Shown here: in pieces, positions 51,287 through 60,223 of the stretch
How positions within the stretch are numbered: the stretch's first letter is position 1
Layout: every line of letters begins with the position of its first letter
NCBI GenBank assembly: GCA_045637205.1
Contig: JAZTYY010000082.1
Coordinates: 8,822 to 72,821, forward strand
DNA: 64,000 bases
Direction of reading: 5' to 3'
DNA from: Eubacteriales bacterium
GTDB taxonomy: Bacteria; Bacillota; Clostridia; Oscillospirales; CAG-272
Notes under the pieces: model-generated
The model's input: the letters and a program-made list of their open reading frames with translations, nothing else
What the model was told of the DNA's origin: nothing
The model's database searches: none
Made by a program: the position numbers and the translations under genes

Positions 51287-52879
51287 ATGGCAGATTTTAA
51301 TCACGAAGTAAAAAGAAGAAGAACATTTGCGATAATCTCTCACCCTGACGCAGGTAAGACCACTCTTACTGAAAAATTCCTCCTTTACGGTGGTGCCATT
51401 CAGTCTGCGGGTACTGTTAAGGGAAAGGCTTCTGACCGTCACGCAACTAGTGACTGGATGGACCTTGAAAAGCAAAGAGGTATTTCAATTACATCTTCAG
51501 TTATGCAGTTTGAATATAACGATTATTGCATCAATATCCTCGACACACCCGGTCACCAGGACTTTTCCGAGGACACATATAGAACTCTTATGGCAGCTGA
51601 TTCAGCTGTAATGGTAATTGACGCAGCAAAGGGTATTGAGCCACAGACAAGAAAGCTCTTTAAGGTTTGTGCTATGCGTGATATTCCGATTTTCACATTC
51701 ATCAACAAGCTCGACCGTGAGGCACAGGATCCATTCGACCTTCTTGACGAGCTTGAAAGGGAATTTGGAATTGGAACGTACCCTATGAACTGGCCCATTG
51801 GTTGTGGAGTTAGCTTCAAGGGAGTTTTTGACCGTGAAAACCGTTCAATTCTTGCATTTGACGAGTTCCATAGCGGTAGAAATCGTATCGAGGGTATCAA
51901 GTGCGACATTACCGACATTGAAAAGATGGATGAGCTTATCGGTGAATACGACAGACGCGCGCTTGTTGACCAAATTGAGCTTTTGGACGTTGCAAGCTAT
52001 GAATTCGATCTTGAAAAGGTTCGTCACGGCAAGCTATCTCCCGTATTTTTTGGCTCGGCTCTCAATAACTTTGGTGTTGAACCCTTCTTAAAGTGCTTTC
52101 TTGAAATGACAACCTCACCTCTTCCAAGACGTGCTGAGGATAGAGTTGTTGACCCCTTTGATGAAAAATTCTCAGCGTTTGTGTTCAAAATTCAGGCAAA
52201 TATGAATAAGGCGCATCGCGATAGAATAGCGTTCATGAGAATTTGCTCAGGCAAGTTTGATAGAAACAAGGAATATCTACACGTTCAAAATAATAAGGTT
52301 GCAAAGCTTTCTCAGCCTCAGCAAATGATGGCTCAAGAGCGCGAAATTATTGATTCAGCCTATGCAGGTGATATTATTGGTGTGTTTGACCCGGGTATTT
52401 TCTCAATCGGTGACACGATTTGTGATCCTTCACTTAAATTTAAATTTGAAAGAATTCCCACCTTTGCCCCCGAGCACTTTGCACTTGTTGAGCAAAAGGA
52501 CTCAATGAAGCGTAAGCAGTTTGCAAAGGGAATGAACCAGATTGCACAAGAGGGTGCAATTCAGATGTTCTTCGAACCAAACTCCGGTATGGAAAGAGTA
52601 ATTGTCGGCGTTGTTGGTGTTCTTCAGTTTGAAGTTCTTGAATATAGACTCAAGCACGAATACGGTGTTGATATTATCCGCCGTCCCATGCCCCAGGCAT
52701 ACGTTCGTTGGATTGAAAACGAGAATATTGACATCAATAAACTCACACTTGACACAGATACAAAGTGGGTTCAGGACTACCGCGGCAACAACTTGCTCAT
52801 CTTCCCAAGAGAATGGAGTATCCGCTGGGCACTTGAAAAGAATAAAGACTTAGTTCTTAAAGAATTTAGTGAGAAATAA
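51287..52879 (+). CDS. prfC: Peptide chain release factor 3
   Basis: 530 aa. The translational GTPase G1 motif is RRRTFAIISHPDAGKTTLTEK, followed by DTPGHQDF and NKLD. Confidence 0.95.
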   Translation: MADFNHEVKRRRTFAIISHPDAGKTTLTEKFLLYGGAIQSAGTVKGKASDRHATSDWMDLEKQRGISITSSVMQFEYNDYCINILDTPGHQDFSEDTYRTLMAADSAVMVIDAAKGIEPQTRKLFKVCAMRDIPIFTFINKLDREAQDPFDLLDELEREFGIGTYPMNWPIGCGVSFKGVFDRENRSILAFDEFHSGRNRIEGIKCDITDIEKMDELIGEYDRRALVDQIELLDVASYEFDLEKVRHGKLSPVFFGSALNNFGVEPFLKCFLEMTTSPLPRRAEDRVVDPFDEKFSAFVFKIQANMNKAHRDRIAFMRICSGKFDRNKEYLHVQNNKVAKLSQPQQMMAQEREIIDSAYAGDIIGVFDPGIFSIGDTICDPSLKFKFERIPTFAPEHFALVEQKDSMKRKQFAKGMNQIAQEGAIQMFFEPNSGMERVIVGVVGVLQFEVLEYRLKHEYGVDIIRRPMPQAYVRWIENENIDINKLTLDTDTKWVQDYRGNNLLIFPREWSIRWALEKNKDLVLKEFSEK

Positions 52880-52890
52880 TATAAAATTTA

Positions 52891-52918
52891 AAAAGAGAGG
52901 TACGCGCCTCTCTTTTTG
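52891..52918 (+). terminator. Rho-independent terminator
   Basis: AGAGAGG-tacgcg-CCTCTCT is followed by TTTTG. Confidence 0.8.
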
Positions 52919-53343
52919 TGTTTCAAATTTTGATTTGTCGGTAAGTTAGTTTAAATAAAAAGCGCTCACGCCGCGCAGGCGCCACTTTTGAAAAAGTGGA
53001 CAAAACAATCGCTTGAGGTTGTGCTGATTTTACGTAAATTTTCGATAATTCACAAATGAATTATCGGTTTTGCAAGCACAATTCCGTTCTTACGTACAAG
53101 TACGACGAACAAAATTGCACTTTCAAAACTACGAAAATAACTCCGTTGGAGTGATTTTCTAAAATTTACTTTGTGTGAGCGTATAGATTTTGGTGGATAT
53201 AGGTATATCATTTGTAGTAGCAAATTGAGGTTTTTTTGTGCAAAGCACGAAAATAACAATGTGCCGAGCGCGAAGAAGTGAGGCGCTCAATTTGCGCGAA
53301 GTCTGTTAGGTTAGCACAAACTATATGGCTACACTAGAAAAAC

Positions 53344-53405
53344 GTTTAAAGTTTTTCGGGGCGTGGGGCGGTTTTTCAAAAAAGCCCCACAATTTAAATA
53401 AACTA
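53344..53405 (+). repeat. Copy 2 of the ~55-nt intergenic repeat with the GTGGGG/CCCCAC hairpin
   Basis: The sequence is gtttaaagtttttcggggcgtggggcggtttttcaaaaaagccccacaatttaaataaacta. Compare 9303-9357. Confidence 0.6.
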
Positions 53406-53435
53406 TCTTCTCACCGATAAATCCCAATTTATAAA

Positions 53436-53466
53436 CAAAAAAGTCGGTATTTCTACCGACTTTTTG
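53436..53466 (-). terminator. Bidirectional-looking terminator downstream of the adhE-kinase unit
   Basis: The sequence is AAAAAAGTCGGTA-tttc-TACCGACTTTTTG. Confidence 0.8.
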
Positions 53467-53472
53467 TATTTT

Positions 53473-54213
53473 CTATTCGTAATCAACTACGTCTGTCCAA
53501 GAAAGAAGGAACTCTCTCTCTTCTTCGTTACCCTTCACGGACTGTGAAGCCGCAACGATGGGCATCCATTTTTGAACGTACTGCTTTGCTGTATCACTCT
53601 TCTTGCAGAAAACGTTGAGATACTTTTCAGCGCTTTCGTTGTCACCGTGGAGGCAGAAGAGAAGATAAGTTCTTGCTACGTCAGCGGACGCGTTACCCTG
53701 TGTAGCGTGTGACCAGTCAAGGATATATGCCTTGCCGTCATCTGAAATAATGATGTTAGAGGGGTTAAAGTCACCGTGACAAACCTTGTTGTGCTTGGGC
53801 ATACCCTCAAGACGAGTGTGAAGCTCATATCTTGTTGTTGCATCAAGGCTTGAGAGTGAAATTTTTCTGTTCATCTTGTCCTTAAGCTTTGTAAGAAGGG
53901 GAGATTTCTTTGAGTGAACCTCCATTTGAAGATCAACAAGAAGCTCGATATATTCGTCCTTCTTTTCGGAATTCTTTTCCATAAGCTCAGCAAGAGTTGT
54001 GCCTTCAACGTATTCATTTACGATTGCCCATTTGCCGTCAATCATATTAACGCCAAGGATTTTAGGAATGTTAAGGCCTGTTTCTTCAATTCTTGCCTGA
54101 TTAAGTGCTTCGTTAAGAACGTCTGACTTTGAATATTCAGCGTCAAACACCTTAACTGTCTTATCACCATCGCGGTAGATTGTTTTATGCTTTCTTTGTG
54201 CAATTACTGTCAT
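53473..54213 (-). CDS. Phosphotransferase-family kinase (APH/choline-kinase-like fold)
   Basis: 246 aa. The Brenner/catalytic loop is VCHGDFNPSNIIISDDG and an ILDWSHATQGN motif is present. The ATG follows an AAAGGAG RBS, 14 nt after the adhE stop. Confidence 0.75.
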   Translation of the reverse strand: MTVIAQRKHKTIYRDGDKTVKVFDAEYSKSDVLNEALNQARIEETGLNIPKILGVNMIDGKWAIVNEYVEGTTLAELMEKNSEKKDEYIELLVDLQMEVHSKKSPLLTKLKDKMNRKISLSSLDATTRYELHTRLEGMPKHNKVCHGDFNPSNIIISDDGKAYILDWSHATQGNASADVARTYLLFCLHGDNESAEKYLNVFCKKSDTAKQYVQKWMPIVAASQSVKGNEEEREFLLSWTDVVDYE

Positions 54214-54227
54214 AGCTTTATTCTCCT

Positions 54228-56867
54228 TTATACAGTAGTGGGCATTTCGGGCTCGCTGAAGTGCTTACCGTAGTACGCGTTGAGGTACATCTGCTTAATT
54301 TCACTCATAAGGGGATAACGGGGGTTAGCGCCTGTGCACTGGTCATCAAATGCCTGCTCAACCATGTCGTCAAGACGGTTAAGGAAGTCCTCTTCGTCAA
54401 TGCCGTAGTCCTTGATTGTTTCTTTGATACCAACCTTTGCCTTAAGCTCATTGATCTTTGCGATAAGACCTTCAAGCTTTTCTTCATCAGTATTGCCCTT
54501 AACACCAAGATAATCAGCAATTTCAGCATATCTTGCAAGTGTGTGAGGGTGGTCGTACTGTGAGAATGTACCCATTTTAACGGGAGCTTCGGCGGCATTG
54601 AAGCGAATAACCTCTTCAATCATAAGCGCGTTAGCAACACCGTGGGGAAGGTGGTGGAAAGCACCGAGCTTGTGAGCCATTGAGTGACAAATTCCAAGGA
54701 ATGCATTTGCGAATGCCATACCTGCCATTGTGGCAGCATTTGCCATCTTTTCACGAGCTACAACGTCAGTCTGACCGTTTTCATATGCTCTGGGAAGGTA
54801 TTCAAATACCATCTTGAGTGAACGAAGTGCAAGTGAATCTGTATAATCAGTTGCAAGCATAGCAGCGTATGCTTCAACTGCGTGAGTTACTGCGTCAATA
54901 CCTGATGCAGCTGTAAGTCCACGGGGTGCTGACATATGGAAATCGGTATCAATGATTGCCATATTGGGAAGAAGCTCATAGTCAGCAAGAGGATACTTAA
55001 CACCTGTCTTTTCATCAGTAATAACTGCGAAGGGAGTTACTTCAGAGCCGGTACCTGCGGAGGTAGGAACTGCGATAAAGTATGCCTTTTCACCCATCTT
55101 GGGGAATGTATAAACTCTTTTACGGATATCGATAAATCTCATTGCCATATCCATAAAGTCAGCTTCGGGATGTTCATAAAGAACCCACATAATCTTTGCT
55201 GCGTCCATAGCAGAACCACCACCGAGTGCAATGATTGTGTCGGGAGCGAATGCTCTCATTTGAGCAGCACCTTCAGTTGCATTTGCAAGTGTGGGGTCGG
55301 GCTGAACGTTAAAGAATGTTGTATGCTGAATGCCCATTTGGTCAAGCTTATCTGTGATGGGCTTTGTGTAACCGTTCTGATAAAGGAATGTGTCAGTTAC
55401 GATGAATGCCTTTTTAGCGCCACGAACTGTTTTAAGCTCATCAAGTGCTACGGGGAGGCAACCCTTCTTTATATAAATCTTTTCAGGTGTTCTGAACCAA
55501 AGCATATTTTCTCTCCTCTTAGCCACTGTTTTGATATTGATAAGATGTTTAACTCCAACGTTTTCAGAAACGCTGTTGCCACCCCATGAGCCACAACCGA
55601 GTGTGAGAGAGGGAGCAAGCTTGAAGTTGTAAAGGTCACCGATACCACCTTGTGCTGAGGGAGTATTAAGAAGGATTCGGCAAGTTTTCATCTTTGCAGC
55701 AAAGAATGCAAGCTTATCCTTTTCAGTAATTTCATTGAGATATACGGAAGAAGTATGACCGTATCCGCCGTCAGCAACGAGGTGCTCAGTCTTTGCAACT
55801 GCATCTTCAAATGTATTTGCACGATACATTGCAAGAACGGGAGAGAGCTTTTCGTGCGCGAATTCTTCAGAGAGTGCAACGCTTTCAACTTCACCGATAA
55901 GAATCTTTGTACCAACAGGAACGCTTACACCTGCAAGGGCTGCGATTGTGTGAGCTGTTTGACCAACAATTTTAGCATTAAGAGCGCCGTTGATGAGAAT
56001 TGTTTTTCTAACCTTTTCGGTTTCTTCGGGATTCAAGAAATAGCAACCGCGAGCTGCGAATTCTTTCTTCACTTCATCATAAATGCTATCAAGAACGATA
56101 ACGGACTGCTCGGATGCACAAATCATACCGTTGTCAAATGTCTTTGAGTGGATGATTGAGTTAACTGCAAGAAGGATGTCTGCACTGTCGTCAATAATTG
56201 CAGGAGTGTTACCGGCACCAACGCCAAGCGCGGGCTTACCGGATGAGTAAGCAGCCTTAACCATACCGGGACCACCGGTTGCAAGGATGATGTCAGCTTC
56301 CTTCATAATTGTGTTTGTAAGCTCAAGAGAGGGAACGTCAATCCAGTCGATGATACCTTCGGGTGCGCCTGCCTCAACTGCTGCTTCAAGAATGAGCTTT
56401 GCTGCAGCAATTGTGGAATTCTTTGCCTTGGGGTGGGGGCTGATAATGATTGCATTTCTTGTCTTAAGAGCAAGCAAGCATTTAAAAATTGCTGTGGATG
56501 TGGGGTTTGTTGTGGGAATAACTGCGGCGATTACACCGATGGGCTCAGCAATCTTTTGTGTACCGAAAGCCTCGTCCTCTTCAATTACGCCACAAGTTTT
56601 TGTGTCCTTGTATGCGTTGTAGATGTATTCAGCAGCATAGTGATTTTTGATAACCTTGTCTTCAACAATACCCATACCTGTTTCTTCAACTGCAAGCTTA
56701 GCAAGTGAAATTCTTGCCTTGTCAGCGGCACTTGCAGCTGCAAGGAAGATTTTATCAACCTGCTCCTGAGTATAAGTAGCAAATTTGCTTTGTGCTGCGC
56801 GAGTAGTTGTAAGCGCATCGTTAAGTGACTCAACGCTGTCAACAATAGCGTAGATTTTTTCGTTCAT
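54228..56867 (-). CDS. adhE: Bifunctional acetaldehyde-CoA/alcohol dehydrogenase
   Basis: 879 aa. An N-terminal ALDH domain is joined to a C-terminal Fe-ADH domain (GGGSAMDAAK..., His-rich metal site HSMAHKLGAFHHLPHG). Confidence 0.95.
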   Translation of the reverse strand: MNEKIYAIVDSVESLNDALTTTRAAQSKFATYTQEQVDKIFLAAASAADKARISLAKLAVEETGMGIVEDKVIKNHYAAEYIYNAYKDTKTCGVIEEDEAFGTQKIAEPIGVIAAVIPTTNPTSTAIFKCLLALKTRNAIIISPHPKAKNSTIAAAKLILEAAVEAGAPEGIIDWIDVPSLELTNTIMKEADIILATGGPGMVKAAYSSGKPALGVGAGNTPAIIDDSADILLAVNSIIHSKTFDNGMICASEQSVIVLDSIYDEVKKEFAARGCYFLNPEETEKVRKTILINGALNAKIVGQTAHTIAALAGVSVPVGTKILIGEVESVALSEEFAHEKLSPVLAMYRANTFEDAVAKTEHLVADGGYGHTSSVYLNEITEKDKLAFFAAKMKTCRILLNTPSAQGGIGDLYNFKLAPSLTLGCGSWGGNSVSENVGVKHLINIKTVAKRRENMLWFRTPEKIYIKKGCLPVALDELKTVRGAKKAFIVTDTFLYQNGYTKPITDKLDQMGIQHTTFFNVQPDPTLANATEGAAQMRAFAPDTIIALGGGSAMDAAKIMWVLYEHPEADFMDMAMRFIDIRKRVYTFPKMGEKAYFIAVPTSAGTGSEVTPFAVITDEKTGVKYPLADYELLPNMAIIDTDFHMSAPRGLTAASGIDAVTHAVEAYAAMLATDYTDSLALRSLKMVFEYLPRAYENGQTDVVAREKMANAATMAGMAFANAFLGICHSMAHKLGAFHHLPHGVANALMIEEVIRFNAAEAPVKMGTFSQYDHPHTLARYAEIADYLGVKGNTDEEKLEGLIAKINELKAKVGIKETIKDYGIDEEDFLNRLDDMVEQAFDDQCTGANPRYPLMSEIKQMYLNAYYGKHFSEPEMPTTV

Positions 56868-56928
56868 TAACGTATCTCCTTTAGGATAAAATTTATTTAT
56901 ATTTAATGTTATAAAACTGTCAAAAGAA

Positions 56929-56950
56929 CTGTTTTTATCTATAAAAACAG
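56929..56950. promoter_or_regulatory. Perfect 10+2+10 palindrome upstream of adhE (candidate operator or 5'-UTR hairpin)
   Basis: CTGTTTTTAT-ct-ATAAAAACAG lies 62-83 nt upstream of the adhE ATG. Confidence 0.4.
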
Positions 56951-57194
56951 AGCTTATCCATAGACTTCGTTAAAAGTTTAACATATTTTCTTCAAAAAGT
57001 CAAGATATAAGATAAATCTTTGTTACTGATAGCAATAAATTCGTTATTATAATCATATATGCATAATTAACAATAAATCTTTTTGTTAAATTTGCATATA
57101 TATTTTAACCACCATTGAAAGGGAAAATAACTGTAAAAACCATATTTTTGATAGTGAGGGACATTCAAAGAGTTCCAATGGTGGTCTTACAATC

Positions 57195-57542
57195 GTGGAG
57201 TTTGTTGTCAATGAGTTTACCAACGAAGTAGATTCTATAGAGGTGCTAAAGTCGGTAAACGCAAAAAAAGAAGCGGCCGTGCTCAATGCACCTCCGCCCA
57301 CAAATAACTCGCTACGGATTACCGCTTCTAAAATTAGTATAACACAGCTGTTAGACTTTGTCAATATCAATTTTCCAGACATATTGTCAAAATCCGTTTT
57401 AAGACATTATGGACATACGGAAAGACCGGCAGGAGAACTTGGCAAAAGCGTATTGTACCAAGACCGCCTGAGTGACGACGAATCATTCAGCAACCGTTCG
57501 ATTTTGGCTAATGCGCTTGAGAGTACAGACAAATTTGAATAA
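57195..57542 (+). CDS. Hypothetical ORF, possibly a gene remnant next to the tRNA cluster
   Basis: 115 aa with a GTG start and no convincing RBS. I recognise no motif. A terminator follows at 57553. Confidence 0.25.
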   Translation: MEFVVNEFTNEVDSIEVLKSVNAKKEAAVLNAPPPTNNSLRITASKISITQLLDFVNINFPDILSKSVLRHYGHTERPAGELGKSVLYQDRLSDDESFSNRSILANALESTDKFE

Positions 57543-57552
57543 ACGAAAAATA

Positions 57553-57604
57553 AAGAAAACCCTTGATAATACTGGATTTCCCAGCATTTTCAAGGGTTTT
57601 TCTT
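57553..57604. terminator. Long hairpin with U/A-tracts on both sides (terminates the minus-strand tRNA operon and the plus-strand ORF)
   Basis: AAAACCCTTGA pairs with TCAAGGGTTTT and encloses an inner CTGG/CCAG hairpin. Confidence 0.7.
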
Positions 57605-57605
57605 A

Positions 57606-57683
57606 TGGGGTGAGTAATGGGATTCGAACCCACGGCCTCCAGGGCCACAACCTGGCGCTATAACCAACTTAGCTATACCCACC
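57606..57683 (-). tRNA. tRNA-His (anticodon GTG)
   Basis: The reverse complement reads G-1 plus GTGGGTA..CCAGG-TTGTGGC-CCTGG..GTGGGTTCGAATCCCAT-TACTCAC-C-CCA. The extra 5' G pairs with C73, and the CCA is encoded. Confidence 0.9.
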
Positions 57684-57711
57684 ATATACCGAGTGGACCA
57701 ACGACTCGGTA

Positions 57712-57788
57712 TGGCGTGCCTTGAGGGATTCGAACCCCCGACCTACTGCTTAGAAGGCAGTTGCTCTATCCGACTGAGCTAAAGGCAC
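57712..57788 (-). tRNA. tRNA-Arg (anticodon TCT)
   Basis: The reverse complement reads GTGCCTTTAGCTCAGTCGGATAGAGCA-ACTGC-CTTCTAA-GCAGT..GGGGGTTCGAATCCCTC-AAGGCAC-G-CCA. Confidence 0.9.
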
Positions 57789-57792
57789 AAAA

Positions 57793-57866
<74 letters not shown>

Positions 57867-57972
57867 AAAAGCGTTTATCAAATAACGCTCCATTATATTA
57901 ACACAAAACGCCCCCAATGTCAAGAGTTTTTTTATACTTTTTTGATTTTTTTTGGAAATTTTATAAAACTCC

Positions 57973-58001
57973 TTGAAAGTTGCATTGTTTTTTGTTATTA
58001 T
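57973..58001 (+). promoter_or_regulatory. Sigma-A type promoter
   Basis: TTGAAA (57973-57978), 17-nt spacer, then TGtTATTAT with the -10 hexamer at 57996-58001. Confidence 0.55.
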
Positions 58002-58034
58002 AAAGGTAATGTTTATTTGAAAGGAGAGATTTTT

Positions 58035-58541
58035 ATGTTTGGTTGTTTTATGCCGGATTTCTATTTTGAAAAATACAGTGATATTACTCCTGAATTTTTG
58101 CTTGCAAATAATATAAAAACGCTCCTTTTAGATGTTGATAATACCCTTGCTCCATATGAGCAGCCCGACCCCAATCAAGAGAATATTGATTGGTTGAATG
58201 AGCTCACAAAGGCAGGTATTGGATATGCATTCATTTCAAATAATTCAAGTGATGCACGAATCAAGCGCTTTAATGAAAAAATTGGCGCGCCCGCCTATGC
58301 AAAAAGTGGCAAGCCGTTTGCAAAGCGCAATATTGATATAGCTCTTAATGCCTTGGGTGGCAAAAGGGAGAGCGCAGCATTTGTCGGTGACCAAATTTTC
58401 ACCGACGTTTTAACCGGTAAATTTGGAAAAATGAAATCAATTTTAGTTCCACCTATAAAGGATAAAAGAAATCTTTTCTTTCGTTTCAAGCGTGCACTTG
58501 AAAAACCAATTTTGAATGAATTCTTTAAAAAGCAGAAATAA
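58035..58541 (+). CDS. YqeG-family HAD-IIIA phosphatase
   Basis: The sequence is MFGCFMPDFYFEKYSDITPEFLLANNIKTLLLDVDNTLAPY..ISNNS..GDQIFTDV. I chose the ATG at 58035 (AAGGAGAG RBS) because the ORF-track start at 57792 overlaps tRNA-Gly. Confidence 0.85.
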   Translation: MFGCFMPDFYFEKYSDITPEFLLANNIKTLLLDVDNTLAPYEQPDPNQENIDWLNELTKAGIGYAFISNNSSDARIKRFNEKIGAPAYAKSGKPFAKRNIDIALNALGGKRESAAFVGDQIFTDVLTGKFGKMKSILVPPIKDKRNLFFRFKRALEKPILNEFFKKQK

Positions 58542-58566
58542 CGAATTAATATATAAGGAGAAAATT

Positions 58567-59652
58567 ATGACACAGGTTAAAAGATTACAGGAAATTATGA
58601 AAAGAGAGGGAATTGAGGGCGTTTTGATAAGCTCCACAGTTAATCAGCGCTACATCACAAACTTCAATTATGATGACGGCTACGTTGTTGTTTTGCAGGA
58701 TAAGGCTTTCCTTCAAACTGACTTTAGATATATTGAGGCTGCAAATGCACAGGTTAATCACAGTGATTTTGAAGTGGTTACACCCAAAATCTCACACCTT
58801 AAATATGTTGCTCAAATTGCTGAAGAGAATGGTATTAAAACAATGCTCGTTGAAGAAAGTGCACTTTCTCTTGAGGATCTTGCAAGATTTGAAGGCGCTG
58901 CTGAGGGCAAGGTTCAGTATAAGAGCGGTGCTTCTGCCATCCTTACTGAAATGAGATTGGTTAAAACTGAAGATGAGCTTAACAATATGGCAGAGGCACA
59001 AAGAATTACTGATGCTGCTTTCTCACATATTATTAGTGTTCTTCATCCCGATATGACTGAAATTGACGTGGCACTTGAAATTGAATTTTTCATGCGCAAA
59101 AACGGTGCTGAAAGAACTTCATTTGATACAATTGCAGTTTCAGGTACAGCTTCTTCAATGCCTCACGGTGTTCCTCGTAACGTTAAGCTTGAACGCGGAT
59201 TTTTGACAATGGACTTCGGTTGCGTTGTTGGTGGCTATTGCTCCGATATGACAAGAACAGTTGTGCTTGGCAAGGCTGACGAAGAAATAAAGAAGGTTTA
59301 CTATACTGTCCTTGAAGCGCAGACAAAGGCGCTTGAGGCTGCTGCAAACGGTGAGCGCGGATGCTTCCGTCTTGATGAAATTGCGCGTGATATTATCAAT
59401 GGTGCAGGCTATGAGGGAAGATTTGGTCATTCTTTGGGTCACGGAGTTGGTATGTTTATTCACGAAAGTCCTCGTCTTGCACCCGGTGCTAATACAGGTG
59501 CAAAGCTTGTTACGGGCAACGTTGTAACATTTGAGCCGGGTATCTATATTCCCGAAAAATACGGCTGCCGTATTGAAGATATGGCTGCTATTACCGATAC
59601 AGGTATTCGCAATTTCACAAAGAGTACAAAGGAACTTATTGAGCTTTTCTAA
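58567..59652 (+). CDS. M24B-family Xaa-Pro aminopeptidase/dipeptidase
   Basis: The metal-site motifs are DFGCVVGGYCSDMTRT, HSLGHGVGMFIHESP and EPGIY. I chose the ATG at 58567 (AAGGAGA RBS). Confidence 0.85.
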   Translation: MTQVKRLQEIMKREGIEGVLISSTVNQRYITNFNYDDGYVVVLQDKAFLQTDFRYIEAANAQVNHSDFEVVTPKISHLKYVAQIAEENGIKTMLVEESALSLEDLARFEGAAEGKVQYKSGASAILTEMRLVKTEDELNNMAEAQRITDAAFSHIISVLHPDMTEIDVALEIEFFMRKNGAERTSFDTIAVSGTASSMPHGVPRNVKLERGFLTMDFGCVVGGYCSDMTRTVVLGKADEEIKKVYYTVLEAQTKALEAAANGERGCFRLDEIARDIINGAGYEGRFGHSLGHGVGMFIHESPRLAPGANTGAKLVTGNVVTFEPGIYIPEKYGCRIEDMAAITDTGIRNFTKSTKELIELF

Positions 59653-59653
59653 T

Positions 59654-60178
59654 ATGATTAAGAAGAATATAAGAATTAAACTCACGTCCCTTCGCGAAGC
59701 GACAAATGACCACTTTTTCGGTCAAATGCTTGGTGATGAGATAGACGAATTTGAGGATTTTGAAGACGAAAATCCTGAGGATCAGGAGCCCGAGGGCCCA
59801 ATTGAGATGTTTTCTGAGGGTGAGCTTTATGTCACCGATGAGCGCGTAATTATTGCATATGATGAGAGCGAGCTGACAGGAATGGAAGGTTCGCATACTC
59901 AAGTGCGCTTCGAGAGAAGCAATGATGGTCTTGTAACCATGATGCGAAACGGAAACGTGAACACTATTCTTGTTTTTGAAGAGGGTAAACGTCATATTTG
60001 CACGTATCAAACCCCATATATGCCATTTGAAATTTGTGTTTTCACAAAAGAGGTAAGAAATACTTTACTTGAAAACGGCATAATCGAGCTTGATTACATA
60101 GTTGAAATTCGTGGCGCGCAGGCTGAAAGAACACAGTTCAAGATTGAGATTTTTGAGGACGATAATTCGCCCGTATAA
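59654..60178 (+). CDS. DUF1934-like beta-barrel protein (YwiB-like)
   Basis: 174 aa from the ATG at 59654. The pattern, recalled from memory, is an acidic insert, then GELYVTDERVIIAYDESE..TQVRFE..LVTMMRNG..ILVFEEGKRH... Confidence 0.55.
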   Translation: MIKKNIRIKLTSLREATNDHFFGQMLGDEIDEFEDFEDENPEDQEPEGPIEMFSEGELYVTDERVIIAYDESELTGMEGSHTQVRFERSNDGLVTMMRNGNVNTILVFEEGKRHICTYQTPYMPFEICVFTKEVRNTLLENGIIELDYIVEIRGAQAERTQFKIEIFEDDNSPV

Positions 60179-60223
60179 TTTAAGAAAAATACGCATAATA
60201 TGACTCAAAAAAGGAGTTGTGTT

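Noticed and set aside
53050-53259. A 69-aa minus-strand ORF in the prfC-adhE gap
   Set aside because: It has no RBS, is surrounded by hairpins and has no recognisable motif. I treated it as non-coding.
56868-57100. A Rex operator upstream of adhE
   Set aside because: The two palindromes present are CTGTTTTTAT-ct-ATAAAAACAG and TTAACAA-N9-TTGTTAA near 57066-57088. Neither has the canonical TTGTGAA-N4-TTCACAA half-site spacing or orientation.
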